This document shows positions 27,301 to 39,800 of a stretch of DNA of 64,000 nt, one piece after another (the first letter of the stretch is position 1; every line of letters starts with the position of its first letter). The DNA is from Azolla caroliniana (taxonomy: Eukaryota > Plantae > Polypodiophyta): contig JBHGNT010000017.1 of the NCBI GenBank assembly GCA_043228905.1, positions 310,001 through 374,000 on the forward strand, in the 5' to 3' direction. Under the pieces are notes generated by a model, which ran no database searches, was not told the origin of the DNA, and saw only the letters and a list, made by a program, of their open reading frames with translations. Position numbers and translations under genes: made by a program.

Positions 27301-30300
27301 GTGAAGATTTTGCACTATATGGAACAATCTGGCTCCTCTGTGTTTGCTTTGCACTAGAAGGCGTGCTTACATTTGGAGCAAGAGTAAGTGGTAAACGGCT
27401 TAATGTGTGCAAAAAATCTCGCTTTTCTTTTTGCCACTCATCCTGGAAGAGCACGCAAGGGGTCATGTCAATTGTTCCAAATATTTTTGTGACATAGTAG
27501 ATTTACCTCCTCCAAAATTAAAACATTCAAGTAGTAACACCAACAGAAATGCTTTCATGAAGGGTGAAACCTTACCTCAAGTGTCTTCATCATGTAGCCA
27601 TTAAATGCTCGAAGATTGTCTTTCTGGGCTCCTTGAATTGCAGAAAGCATGGTCATTTCATGTACCTGCTAAATTTACTCGATAGGTTAATAAAACATAA
27701 TCCAAGCAAAGCAAGAGGAATACATGCTCAGCTATACAGCACTGCAATTAAAAAGATCAGCTAATATAGCAACAGCTTGGGACATAAGTGGAGAACGATA
27801 TTGGTCGAAGTTGTCAAATAGAAATAGAAAATACAGTGAGACTTTGATGGTATTATTTTTGATAGAAAATTTCCATAACTCAGGAAAGGCACAAAATAAA
27901 CTACAACCAAGGGAATCTTCAATAAGGATATGATAGAATGTCTCAGCACTGATGTTGGGTGTGGATAAACCAGCCTTCATATCATTATTTCTTTATGGCC
28001 AATAGATCTACTGATTTTTCTGAACCTTCAACTCCCATTTCTTGGTAGGAAATCTCAGATATGTACTAAAAAAAGCACTCAGAACCTTAAAACGAGAATA
28101 AGGACTTCATCAGTCCACTGTCTCAACATGGGAAGTTTTGTTTTCCATTATAGGAGACACGAAATTACTAGAGTCCCACAGGTTCAGATATTCCATAACA
28201 AAACAACTCATTGCACAGGTGCACTGCCTTAATATGGAATAAAATAGGGATTATCTCCAGTTGTGGCAAATAGGAAATGATGCAGCCCTACAGATTCATG
28301 TATTCAAGCATAAAATACTTATGTACAGATTAAAACCCAAGTCCAATTATCAAACCTTGTCCATATCATGGCAATTAGAAGAATAATTTAAATTCAAAGA
28401 GGTTATGTTAAGATGACAAAGTGGATATTTAGATTGCATATTCAAAGTTGCCATGAAACATCAGTCAAAGACACATACCTGCTGCAAATATTCCTCTACA
28501 CTAGTTGCCTCGATAGGGAAAACATCTTCAAAGCTTGTCTGAAAAGTTAAAAGAGAAATATATCGTGAGAAAGTATTTCCACATTTACCACATTTAATGT
28601 ACTCTTTATGTTTTATGCAGAAAACAACGATATGCTTTAGATGTAGTCTACAGCTCATGCCTTTCCACACAAATGTCACAAACCAGATAATGAAACTGTA
28701 TTTAAAATTCTGAAACACTCTCCTCTCCCTCACTCAAAAGTGAACATTTTGGACTCTTAACATCCTTTCAGCAGAATACACCACCAATTGAAATCTCACC
28801 TTCAGCTCAAAAGATTTCAAATCTCTGGTAAGCTGATCAGCATTAATACCTTCTCGTGCAAGCAATCTACAAGGATGTCAGAGATTCATTAATACCAATG
28901 GATATGTTCAAACACAGCATTATACATTTTACATGCTAAGGTGAAATGTGAAAAAATTAAGCTTTACAACTTCCATACTAAACTGGTACACCTCCTCTGG
29001 AAAGCTAATAACAGTATGCATCGATATGGACTTGGAGGAATAACTTGTGGGTGTCTTGCAAAACACAGACATTTTTTTTTTTATTGTATATTAATTTCTA
29101 TGTTCATATAAATATGATAAAAGATCTTGCATCATATCTGCAACATGTTGACAAGATTAAGACGACAATAATCCAAGAACAATTCTGATGCAGCTGAGTC
29201 TGATATTCAACCTGTTACAAGTAGCAACTATGATATATTTGTGTAGTAAGTCTGGACTTGACATATTATAGTAAATAATAGCCCACTCTCACCTGAATCC
29301 ACATCGGCATCTTCTGTACCATCTCAAGCAAAATTCCCATTGCTTAAACTTAATATGTTAAATCTTTATCTACCATTCTAATGCAGCTGACTCTGACATT
29401 CAAAATGTTGCAAGTAGCAACCATGATATATTTGCGTGTGGTATGTATGTTATTAAAAATCAAGCTCAACTTCAGTAAACAAGTTCTTATGGAGAAAAGC
29501 ATAATGTGTTAAAAATATGTGTGAAACTATTGTAATCTGTGTGAACTATTTAGATATTCGAAGACCTAGATTTTGATACCTAATTAGTTGTCAAGTGTAA
29601 ATCTGGTCCAAGAATATTAGATATTCTTATGACAGAATTGTACTCAGGTGGATGTCAATGAATAGACCACCAGCCACACTTAATGTGGTAGACTATTGGG
29701 GACTTGTATATAAAGCCCGCTTGGGGCATTGTTTTTTATGATAATTCTTAGTTGATCAATATAATTCTCTCTTGCCCACACACTCACTCTCAAACATGCA
29801 TACCACTTTGGCAAACCCCGACTCATTGAGAGTCAGCATCCTTTACACATGCCACCAACATATATTATAGCAAAGAACACCACACTCTCATCTGAATCCA
29901 CCTCACATCTTCTGTACAGTCTGGAACCAAATCATCATGCCCCAAATTTCTATGTTAAATTGGAGCTAACAAAATGACAATTTCTTTCATATTAGACCTA
30001 CCATTCCATGAATCTACTCCCAAAAAACAATTGAGGGCTTCACTTACAAATGACGTGTCACAGCTTTAAAACACGCAAGAATGGAAATTGACAAAGGATG
30101 TATACATCACACAGTCTGTTTCTTTACAGTTATCACACCTAATAAAGTTCAATTACTTCAATCCCAGGCTCCTGCAGACTGTACTTTAGCACAATGGCAA
30201 GGAAAGAAAGTAGTTACATAATAATTCTCACAGGAGTTTTTTGGCCAATCTAGAGCACATAACCACATTCACGATGCTATTCACAGTTCCCAATTAAGCT

Positions 30301-31096
30301 CTATTTACAAAAGAATCTAAGCATATCACAAGTTAAAATGACTACCTTGTTGCCGCGATGGTTTGATTGGGAGACTCAAGACGTGAAGTTCGTGCTTTAA
30401 GCTTTCTCGAGAGCGCCTCCAACTGATCTAAACTTCTCTGTTAAAAAACACCACTCATGTAAAAAATACTGAGCTCATCCACGTTTCTCTGTGAGAAGTG
30501 CATGACACTTATGTAAAACGATGGCAAAGAAGAAATACATCAATTATGTTAAAAAGATCAAACTGGTTAAACCTCTCTGCAAGAAAAAATAAACGATCAA
30601 CTACGTGAAAAGTTTGAGCTGGTCTACAATGCTCCGTGCTAGATAAAGGACATAACTTTTGTGCAAAAAAGACCGGACTGGTCTAAAATTTCTCTATGGC
30701 TACTCCCTGTAAGAAGAAAAATATAAGTGTGCGCTAACCAGATCGAACTGATCTAAACTTCTGAATGATAAGAAAAACATAATACATGTAAAAGGAATTA
30801 AGAACGTGCTTGTCTAAACTTCTCTGTGATGAATAAAAAACAATTGACGTGCTTGTTTGTTCTAAACTCCTCCGTGTGAAAAGACGACAAACAGCACGAT
30901 TGTGTATAAACCCAGACAACTCTGTAGAGAAAGCCATGCCGACAGTGGAAGGAGGGACATTTGCTGGCAGAAAGCCCTAGGTCTGTGGTCGTACCTGGAT
31001 AGGGGGGAACTGAGCGGAAGGAGTGGCAGATTGAAGAAGCTGAGTAGAGTTATGCAGAAGGTCCGCCCAGCTCCTGGTGTCTGTGTCGCCTGCCAT
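21349..31096 (-). CDS. NUP93: Nuclear pore complex protein NUP93/Nic96, ~857 aa
   Basis: Exons (high to low) 31096-30995, 30437-30346, 28866-28800, 28538-28479, 27665-27576, 27442-27185, 25830-25735, 25624-25490, 25413-25360, 25254-25171, 24665-24579, 23984-23088, 23007-22826, 22141-21850, 21426-21349; all GT-AG and in phase. Motifs AQFPPIQRSLDQLE, FEDVFPIEATSVEEYLQQ, FCLRTG, FNTIEDFLWF, DPLVYPYVLLLSLQ. Confidence 0.96.
26167..26400. repeat. Local direct duplication (~60-bp core, period ~128) in NUP93 intron 6
   Basis: cccaaaaacagaagtg(c/t)aaaagag..ctgtattt.gcttgg.gaaaatgtatt at ~26167 and ~26295. Confidence 0.85.
29188..29960. repeat. ~190-bp tandem duplication in NUP93 intron 2, second copy split by an insertion
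   Basis: atgcagctga.tctga.attcaa...aagtagcaac.atgatatattt at 29188 and 29381; tattatag...cactctca.ctgaatccac...catcttctgtac...atgttaaat at ~29263 and ~29863. Confidence 0.85.
29448..29860. mobile_element. Probable solo LTR (413 bp, TGTT...AACA)
   Basis: Interrupts the second copy of a tandem duplication, has TGTT/AACA inverted termini and an internal TATATAAAG box (~29707). No clean 5-bp TSD. Confidence 0.55.
30421..30876 (-). repeat. Degenerate array (~8 copies) of the NUP93 intron-1/exon-2 junction
   Basis: Copies of aactgatctaaacttctctg at 30421 (real), ~30472, 30561, ~30616, ~30675, 30746, ~30808, ~30858. Confidence 0.75.
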
Positions 31097-34000
31097 AGCG
31101 ACGTGTGAACTCCCTCCTCCCTCGTCTGCTTCAACGATTCGAAAACGGCGTCGTTGCTTTCTTTCTTACTTCGTCTGTCTCTGTCTCTCTGTCTCTCTGT
31201 CTCTGTCTGCCTTCCCGACCCCCGACTGACCCCTCCCCTCCCCTCCCCTCCCCTCCTCCTTTCCCTCCCTCAGAAACTGAATTCCTTCTCTTCCCTGCTG
31301 AGTTCGTAAGTCGAATCGCCAAAAACAAAATATTGTGGCTTTTCTTCGTGATTTTGGGTTGGAGAGGCAGGCAAAAGGCAAAGGCCCGATTTTGCACTAC
31401 GAATTGTATATGTATATGTATGTATATTCATTCATGCCCATACATAATTCATCGTTTTTGAGCCTTGTCATGTTTGGTTTTCTTTCGTAAACACATACAT
31501 AGCATTCATTGCACGCTTCGAAGTGTAAACAACTTCTTAGTGCTCGTGATTTCTCGTCTGGGTCAGATATTTTGCATATGGTACTCAACTGAATGAAGAG
31601 TGTATAAATTTTCTTCTTATGTTATGAGAACTTCTGAAATTCCTCTCGTTGTGTTATGTTATGCATAAGGTAATTGATGCTTTCATAATGTCCCCATGCA
31701 AGCAAATTAAACATGATCTATGTATATACACAAAAGTTGTTGTTGCAATTAGTTGTATTAGACAAGAAATTCCTGTAGAGCTCAATAATGTGGATGTGCG
31801 TTTTGATCATTATTGGTTTCCATGCACCCTTGCGTGTAAGGTTTATGATAACCAACATCGTCTCCATTTGAAGGATTGGTGACCATCAAAAAGTGATCCT
31901 TGTTGAGCTTGGCCTTGTCTTTGTTTCACACCCTCATCATAATCGTCACACAGAAGATTTTGAGTTTGAGGGGGCTACGAATTCACACGCAAAAGTAGAC
32001 TTTCATTTTGACAACTTCCACTAAATACATCCAACTTTGTTTATCCTTGCTCCTCTTCATAACATTCACACCTCACTAGCCGCTATGGTAAATTCATTAT
32101 GAAAGTACATACATAAATTTATTATTATTGGGAATAAATGGGTCATAGTGATGGTTAGTATGATACAATGTTTGTATTACATCTAGAATTAAGGAAGTAA
32201 AAGAAATTCTACTACCCAATCTTTATAAGTTATTAATTTCCAAGCAATCAATGTATGTATGGATTGCTACACCGCACTAATGTTTATAGCTTATCGTGTC
32301 TTACGTGTTCATCAGGATGCAACCACATAATTTACCGTCACTATCCAAACTTCAGCATTCGATCACGAATCACGATTCAATGAACGAATTTGCTGTATCT
32401 AGATGCTTATACTAACGGAGGAAAGGAAGGGAGGAGAAGGAGCTTCAAACCGATATATAAATGCATGGCATTCATGGTGCTGCGCATTTATGTAGTGTGA
32501 TGATGACGGTGATAAAAAGGGACTAGAAACACATAAGCCATACGATGATGATGATGATGATGATGAGCATTCACTATGTACATACAAATGTATGTGTGTA
32601 CAACTTACTTACTATATGTACTACAGGTAGTATGTATGTAGTTCATATGAAACGTGGGAAGCCTGTATGTAATCAATTAATTAATGTAGTAATGAATGAT
32701 GTTACTTCTTAGGGGCAGAGCTAGTTATATGTACATACATACATACATATACGCACGCACACACTCTGTGGGGATTGACGTGCTGCTTATATTTACATGG
32801 TTAGTTAAGTGTCCTACGATCAGCGATGAATTTAGTGAGTGTGAGTGGGGTATCCCATCCCCACTTCGTTTAATAAATCCATATCCTTCAAGCAAAGGGA
32901 AGGGCGAATGTGGTATGTATACGTATGATGGCGATGGCGATGGCGATGGCGATGCAAAGCTTTGTCGCCACAAATTTTTGAGACAGACAGACAGGCAGGC
33001 AGGCAGAACCTACCTACCTTTGCACAAGACGAAGGGAACTCCAATAACCTTATCGCATCTCATAATTAATGAGTGAATTGAATTAAAGAAACATAATAAC
33101 TCTTCATCATGCAGCACGTGGATGCAGCTACAGCGTTTCTTTCTTCGGAACCGAAGAAAAGCCCAGGCACTTCCACGAGCCCTAGCCATATAGTTCCCAA
33201 CTGTTTTCTGCATTCATACCATACCTTCTCAGGTGATCTCTCTCTGCGTTTCTTGCCATTTCTCTGCCTTTTTCTTCTCCTCTTCCAGATTCTCCCCCTT
33301 AATCATCTTCTTGATTCTCCATCGTTGAATTTCAATCCCAGAGCTACTGCTTGCAATTCCGAGATATCACTTGTCGTTATCCTTAATTACAACCTGAAGT
33401 ACTACTTGCATACCTAAAGATCGACTGTTTCCCTGATTCTTCTGAGTTACACATCAAGCAGAAGAGTTTTTCTTCATCTGCTTACATTGCAGGTGCCTGC
33501 TGCTGCTTTACAATAATTCCTGTTTCGCGCATACTTCTTTATCATCAATAATTCTTTAAAATGGTGCCTTCATTGATCTGCTTTACAATGCATTCTAAGG
33601 CTAAAACGAATTCCCGTGTTTGTCTACAGGGAAGATTAGAAAGTTGTCTTGTTCGGATTTATGATTTTGACCTTTCTGCACGGATTTGTGCATTTTGCGA
33701 CTCTCTGCCAATTACTGTCAATGCCACGTCTGTTAAGAAAGATCGGAGTTTTGTTTTTCATATGCATTTTTTGAATTTTCAGAACAAATGTATGCATTTA
33801 AATCGTCTGCAATTTGTTCGCTGTGTTGTCTGCTAAGGAACATCAGAACGCTATCTTCAGATTTTGAATTTAATTTTGTTTCGTTTGAGCGAGCGATGCA
33901 ACACTGAACTCAATTCTCTGCAGTAAAAAAACAATGATCAGAATTGACGTTTAAGTCTATAGAATTAGGGTTTCTTTTCAGGAAGAGGAGAAAGTCTTTG

Positions 34001-34353
34001 AACGGGTGTAATATGTTCACGGAAAATCAAAAAACATGTCTAGCAAAATAGCTTGCTGTTGTCGAGCGTTGATCATCGTCTTGGCGGCTGGCATAAGAAT
34101 AGATGTCATGTTAAGAATCATGTGTACGCTCCATCCCGCTCCGATCATTCTCAGTGAAAGCGGAGGCAATAAATGTTGAAGGCCCTTTTCCACACGACCA
34201 ATTAATGTGGATAGGAATTGCTACACCGGAGCTCTTCTCGATGGGAACTCATATGAGTTCCATTCAAAAGAAAAGCCTCTATATGTACAACAAAATTATT
34301 GTTCCCATGTTTTTATCATCATCTTGTCAGTTTTGTTTCGTCTTGCGCGTGTT

Positions 34354-34895
34354 AGAGTTTCTATTTCTGCATCTTTCCACTTCCAACTCTTTCCTTCATT
34401 TGTCAACAGGAGTTTCTATTTCTGCATCCCCCCCTTCCAGTCGGTCCTCAAGCCTGCTTCAGTTTTCAATTCAACAAAACGAAGTTTCTATTTTTTCCGT
34501 ATCCATCTATGCATTCTATCTTATTTGCAGAGCGTGTCTCTGTATGCTTATGTTTCAAACGCCATTTGAATCTTTGATTCTAATATTTCCGCATCTCTCC
34601 AGGTCCAGCTTCACAGACGGCTCTCTTCTAGAGTTTCTATTTCTGCATCGCTCATCCTTTTCGAATGTGAAGCTTCGAGAGCTATTTTAGCACTTAAAAG
34701 GATTCAGAAGTTAATATTTCTGCTTCTTTCCATCCTCAGCTGGTTTTGCAGACGGTTCTTTTTCATCCTACATTTTAACAATCTGCAAGAGTTCTACTTC
34801 TGCGTCTACTTTACTTCCAACTTTATCACCAGTCCTTACCGTAACATTCAAGAATCGGGAGTTTCTAGTATTTCTGCATCTCCTACTTCTAGCCG
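34354..34895 (+). repeat. Degenerate array (~8 copies, spacing ~55-95 bp) upstream of the remorin ATG
   Basis: Core gagtttctatttctgcatc at 34355, 34410, ~34481, ~34577, 34631, ~34707, ~34789, ~34859. Confidence 0.85.
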
Positions 34896-34968
34896 TCCGG
34901 ACAGTTTTTGTTTTCCCTTCACAGGCTAATATTTAGCAGACGTTTTTCTCCCTGAAACTGGTTGTTTC

Positions 34969-36149
34969 ATGGCTGAACTAGAGCAGCAGACGGTTGATCA
35001 ATGTACTGGTGATATGGACAAGCAACGAGAATCTGTCATGTCTAATGAAGAACAGTGCTCGGAGAGACTTTCAAACTCAAGAGATTCTCAAATGGAGCAT
35101 GATGATCATGGGCTAACTGGACATCGTGATTTTCCACCTCCTGCACTTAGTAAGATGCTTATAAATAGGAATGTTAGTAGGTAAGTATTTGGCATTTCTT
35201 TCGTGTTGAAAACTAATTTCCGTGTTGGTCACTTATTTTTCTTTAGAGGACATAGAGGTTGAGAATAATTCATCACCACGGAGTGTCGGATCAATGGGAA
35301 GAGGATCCCTGAATCGAGGTTTATAACTACAGCTTTACTAACTTCATACACGCTAATAAATTTTAAAACAATACATTTTTATAATCGTTGTTCCTTATTA
35401 ATTCTCTTTATTTATGGCAGATTTAGTTTTGGCAAAGCTAAATCAAGACAAAACAATATCATTGATAAAAGCATGGGAGGAGCACATGAAAGCAAAGTCT
35501 TTACATAGGTGATTAATGCCAGCTTTTTTTTAATAATGATATAATGGTGCTTAAATTATTCTCTCATCAATTTATAAAGAAAGCAATGGCTCAGCATGCT
35601 TAGACATTTGTAGAAAAGGGTGGAGACTGGTTGTCCAGTTTTTGTGTATGGAACTTGGCAGGTTGTTTTACAAGAATCGATTTCCTTTGTATAGGTATAA
35701 CAGGAAAGTGGCAAAGATATCAGCATGGGAGAAATCTATGAAGTCAAAAGCTGAATCAAACCTTAGAGCTTTAGAGGCAAGTAACTATTTGGTTTTGACA
35801 TCTGATGGGCCTCTTGCTTTTTATGACCATGATAGCTTAGAAGAATTTGAATTTTGAATGTAATAACGAAAAAGAAGCTGATTTAGACAGACCTAAATTT
35901 GTTAAGATATTGGCTTGACTTTTGTTGAGTCTTTATTGATTATAGGAAAGGCTAGAGAAGGAGAAGGCAATGAGTATAGAGAGAATGAAGAACGAGATAG
36001 CCGCAGTCCAAATGAGAGCAGAGGAGGACAGAGCACTTGCAGAGGCACTTCACGGAGAGGAGGTGCTGAAGGCAGAAGAGTTTGCTGCCAAGTACAGAGC
36101 GTCCGGAAGTTTACCCAAGAGACATCCATTCTGTTTCACATGCAGCTAG
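34969..36149 (+). CDS. Remorin family protein, ~208 aa
   Basis: Exons 34969-35149, 35247-35318, 35421-35508, 35695-35776 (GC donor), 35946-36149. Remorin_C motifs GSLNRDLVLAKL, LIKAWEE, KISAWEK..KSKAE, RLEKEKA...RMKNEIA, KAEEFAAKYRASG; C-terminal CFTCS. Confidence 0.92.
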
Positions 36150-36680
36150 TGATCTATACACAAATAAAGAGGACTTGGATCTTACACCCCTTGTTTTGGA
36201 GGAGTAACTATTTTCTCAAGTTGGATGGTATGTATAAGAGAATATAAGGATTTTGTTGGAGCAGATATATTTGGCAATTAGGGCAGCCCTCGAACCTTTT
36301 TATGCAAGTTGTAAATGCTTATCGTATAATATATAATCCCCATAGTGGTCTCCTTGGAGCAAGTGAGCCTCGTTGGATATTGTCTTGCTTGTTCAATAGT
36401 TTTAAATTTTGTCATGCTTGTTTGATAGTTTTAAAATCTGTCATGCTTTGTTGGATGTTTTTAAAAGTTGAACTCTTTTTCTTTGAGTGTCTGTCTTTTT
36501 TGTTTTGTTGTTTCTTTGGTATGGAGATTCCTTTAGGCTACGTTACTACTCTTGGCCAAGTGCATTGATGGCCACATTTAGGAGCATGGGAACAATCTAT
36601 TAATATCCAAGGTAAATGTAGTGTAAGCATAGGATAGGCAATGCATGTCACGTTATATTAAGCAAGTGACCTTGACAAAG

Positions 36681-36872
36681 CTTCTCTCTATCTTAATAAT
36701 AATTAGCTTACTTGTGGTAGGATTTTACACTACAAGCACTACATCTTGTGTTACTCACCTCACTATTACTTCATACATATCTCTTAATTCATTAGATGCC
36801 ATTGTGGAATGTAAGGGTTGAACCCATGACCTCTTTGTCTCCATTGGGCAACCTTACCAAATGAGTTCTCTC
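36681..36872 (-). mobile_element. tRNA-derived SINE-like element, copy C
   Basis: Reverse complement reads gaactcatttggtaaggttgcccaatggagacaaagaggtcatgggttcaacccttacattccacaatggcatcta...gtaagctaattattaagatagagagaag, homologous to 11844-12054. Confidence 0.85.
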
Positions 36873-36914
36873 GATGGAAACCTTACTAACTAAGCTGTGT
36901 GTGTGTGTGTGTGT

Positions 36915-37750
36915 GTTCTTTGTTTGAAGATTGTGAACATCACTTCTAGTCATTATGATGACCATAAAATACTTCATGCATTGAATCCTGGGTTGTTATG
37001 CATATGCATATGGTAATCGAGAAAGATGACCATAGAAGTATATATATTACATTCATGCATATACGTATAGTAATCAAGAAAGCAACAATCATAGCTTTCT
37101 AAACTACATGCACCATTGGTGTACATAAGTCATCTCAATTGTGATCACCTCAAAACTCCATGGCACGTTGTGTTATTAAATTAACCGATGTCATCAACAA
37201 TTGTCTCTCTCTTTACTTCTTTGAAGATCATGAACATTCACTTGACATTGGGTCAAGTATCAGAGTATTATAATCATGCATGTAAGCATTATGATGATCA
37301 TGCATGTGCGAATGGTAATTAAAAAGCGACTGAAAATTAACAAGTGACAACTTTCTAGCAAATGGATTTTCTTACAAATTCATTTATCTAGTTCTTTCTC
37401 AACAAGACTTTAACCAAACAATTTCATCAACGATGGTCTAGCTATAATGGGTTTTCTTACATCTTCATATATGTAGTTCTTACCAAGATGTCTTGAACTG
37501 ACCAAAGTCGTCAACATTGTTCTCTCTTTACACTCTTTGAAGACTGTGAACATCACTTCTCGTGATTAATGACGAGAAGTAATATATCCATGCATACGAG
37601 CATTATGGTGAACATGCATATGCAAATGGTAATTGCCAAAGCGACGAATTTCTAGTTATAATGGATTTTCTTACACATCTTCATATATGTAGTTATTCCC
37701 GAAAGGTCTCTCTTTTATTCTCTTGAAGATTGTGAACATCTTCTCGTCAT
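36915..37750. repeat. Diverged tandem repeat, ~190-315-bp spacing, 3-4 copies
   Basis: ttgaaga(t/c)(tg/ca)tgaacat at ~36923, ~37221, ~37537, ~37723, plus recurring atgcatatgcaaatggtaatt and atgg(a/g)ttttcttaca blocks. Confidence 0.75.
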
Positions 37751-38899
37751 TGTGTCTTCGTTATCATAACAAATTTTTGTATTTTTTGTTTGATTGGGTC
37801 TTAAACCAACAAACTTTGATCCAACGATCATACACACCAACATGAGTTCTATCTCGTAGCTTTCTTAATCTAACAAAACCTTATGTGTGTTATATTCTAG
37901 GAAATGACTATCACTCAAAAATTGTAATGGGCGTGTTTTGATGTAAGTATGATAACATTGTAAAAATGTGTGTGCGTTGGGGTGTATCACACAAATGTGA
38001 TATTGGTGTCACACCCACCCCCACAAAACACGTGCAGTCTCAAGTATGCTCCTAGACACCAAGTACCCTTCCTAATCATCCATAACTTCTCCTGCAACTC
38101 TCCCTTCATCGCCTTCTCACGTATGAACTCCTCTTTTTCATTATCCTCCTTCTCGTCATTGTCATAGTTGTTGTAAGTTTCATAGTTGTCGTAGATATTC
38201 ATCCTTTGTAGTTGTGTGAAAGTTTGTTTCCTTGGAACATTATTCTAACTAGCCTTAATTATTGTAAAAATGACAAATTTTGTAAGGATAATAACAACAT
38301 TTACTCTATTATTTATGAGGTGATCAATACATAGGGTGTGAAACCACTCATAAGCCCATTGAGCAAATGACAAAAATGGGTGAGCAAGTTCTAAACCTAA
38401 TAGCTAAATAAATTAAAATGAGTTTAGGACCATGACTTAATCTTTATTAGTCACTCAATGGTAGTTATTGAGGAAAAACGCAACAAAATAAGAGACCAAG
38501 CACGAACATTAGTATCTGGGTGTCTCCTCCAACAAGTTATGGTCGACCCAAACACTTAAGATGGAAGCTCAAGTTTTGGGTCTCAATGAATATTGAGAAT
38601 ATTAGTGATAGGATTATATAACTTATGAATATATGAAGAACATGGGAGTTCAAGCTCCGTCTCAAGTTCTCTAGAAGACAATGGTCGATAAGAAGCATAA
38701 AAGACTAACTTATAATTATGTCTTGAGCTCTTTTCACCATAACCCTTGTATCTTTACCACACGTTTGCATTTGTTCATTGTACGTTGACCAATGTATAGG
38801 TACACAAAAGTTGTTAGCATACCCCTTAATGTAATGAGTCCACATTCCTATGTGCAATTGCTTACAAGTTTTAATCACTCGGGTCGAAGCTAAGGGCAT

Positions 38900-39800
38900 T
38901 GGCAGGAAGATGGTGTCTGGGATGTTGTTAGGCATCTCATGGGAGGTCTTCAAAAATTGGAAATGGATATCTTGAAGATTCTTAATTGTTATGGGAAACT
39001 AGTGGGGTGGTAGAGAATACCAATGAAAGTTGCAAAATGTTTTGATAAAATATTCAGCTTAGCGAATGGCCAAAAGCTTTTCACAATGGCCTCTTGATCA
39101 TTAAACTTGTTTCTTGGCCATTGACCTTGATCAAAATGTATGATTATTTGAGCGTTGTTCATATCATTGTTATGAACATCAATGGTTGAGTTATCTTCAT
39201 CTAGAAAAGGCACTTAGTTTACCAATATGATTGTAATATGGATGTTTATCGTGTCATTAATCGTTTAATTAGTGGGACCTTTAAATTCAAATAATTTCAT
39301 TTCGTTCACCTTGCAAGGACACCAACACCTCAGATGACGTGTCTCATAGTTCACTTTGTTCATGGTTGTATGATGTGAGGACATTTCATCTTTTGGGCAT
39401 AACTCATTGGGCTTGAAAACTTATGTTGGACAATAACACATATCGTTGCTGCTTGAGCTTCTTCCTTAAAGTTGTAATTAATTTTCATGAAACTCGCATC
39501 ACCACTTGGTATGGGTGGTTGGGAGGAAGTATCATTGACAAAAGTGATTTGAACATATGAGGTGTGCATTCTTTGAGTGTTCATCTCAAGGCAGTTGACA
39601 ATAATACCTGTTTGGAGTATTCCAACAACTATCTTGATAATAACGAGTGAAGTAAGTTTTATTTCATTGCAACAAAATCACGTAGTATTTCATTTGGGAG
39701 GGAATGGAACCACTTGCATGCTTGTTCATCGAGCATCAACCCAAAAGTGGAATCCAGGCCTTGATTTCTATATGGGTTTAACTAAAGTATAATTGCATGA
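38900..39800 (-). mobile_element. Degenerate Ty3/gypsy gag-protease remnant
   Basis: Minus frame 'FGLMLDEQACKWFHSLPNEILRDF' (~39680-39750) fits the retrotransposon gag A..WF..LP pattern; downstream 'FLDEDNSTIDV...DQEAIVK...GILY..SF' resembles an aspartic protease. Heavily decayed. Confidence 0.5.

Noticed and set aside
34154-34690. 178-aa and 120-aa ORFs upstream of remorin
   Set aside because: They are translations of the pyrimidine-rich repeat array (repeated LEFLFLH); no coding signature.
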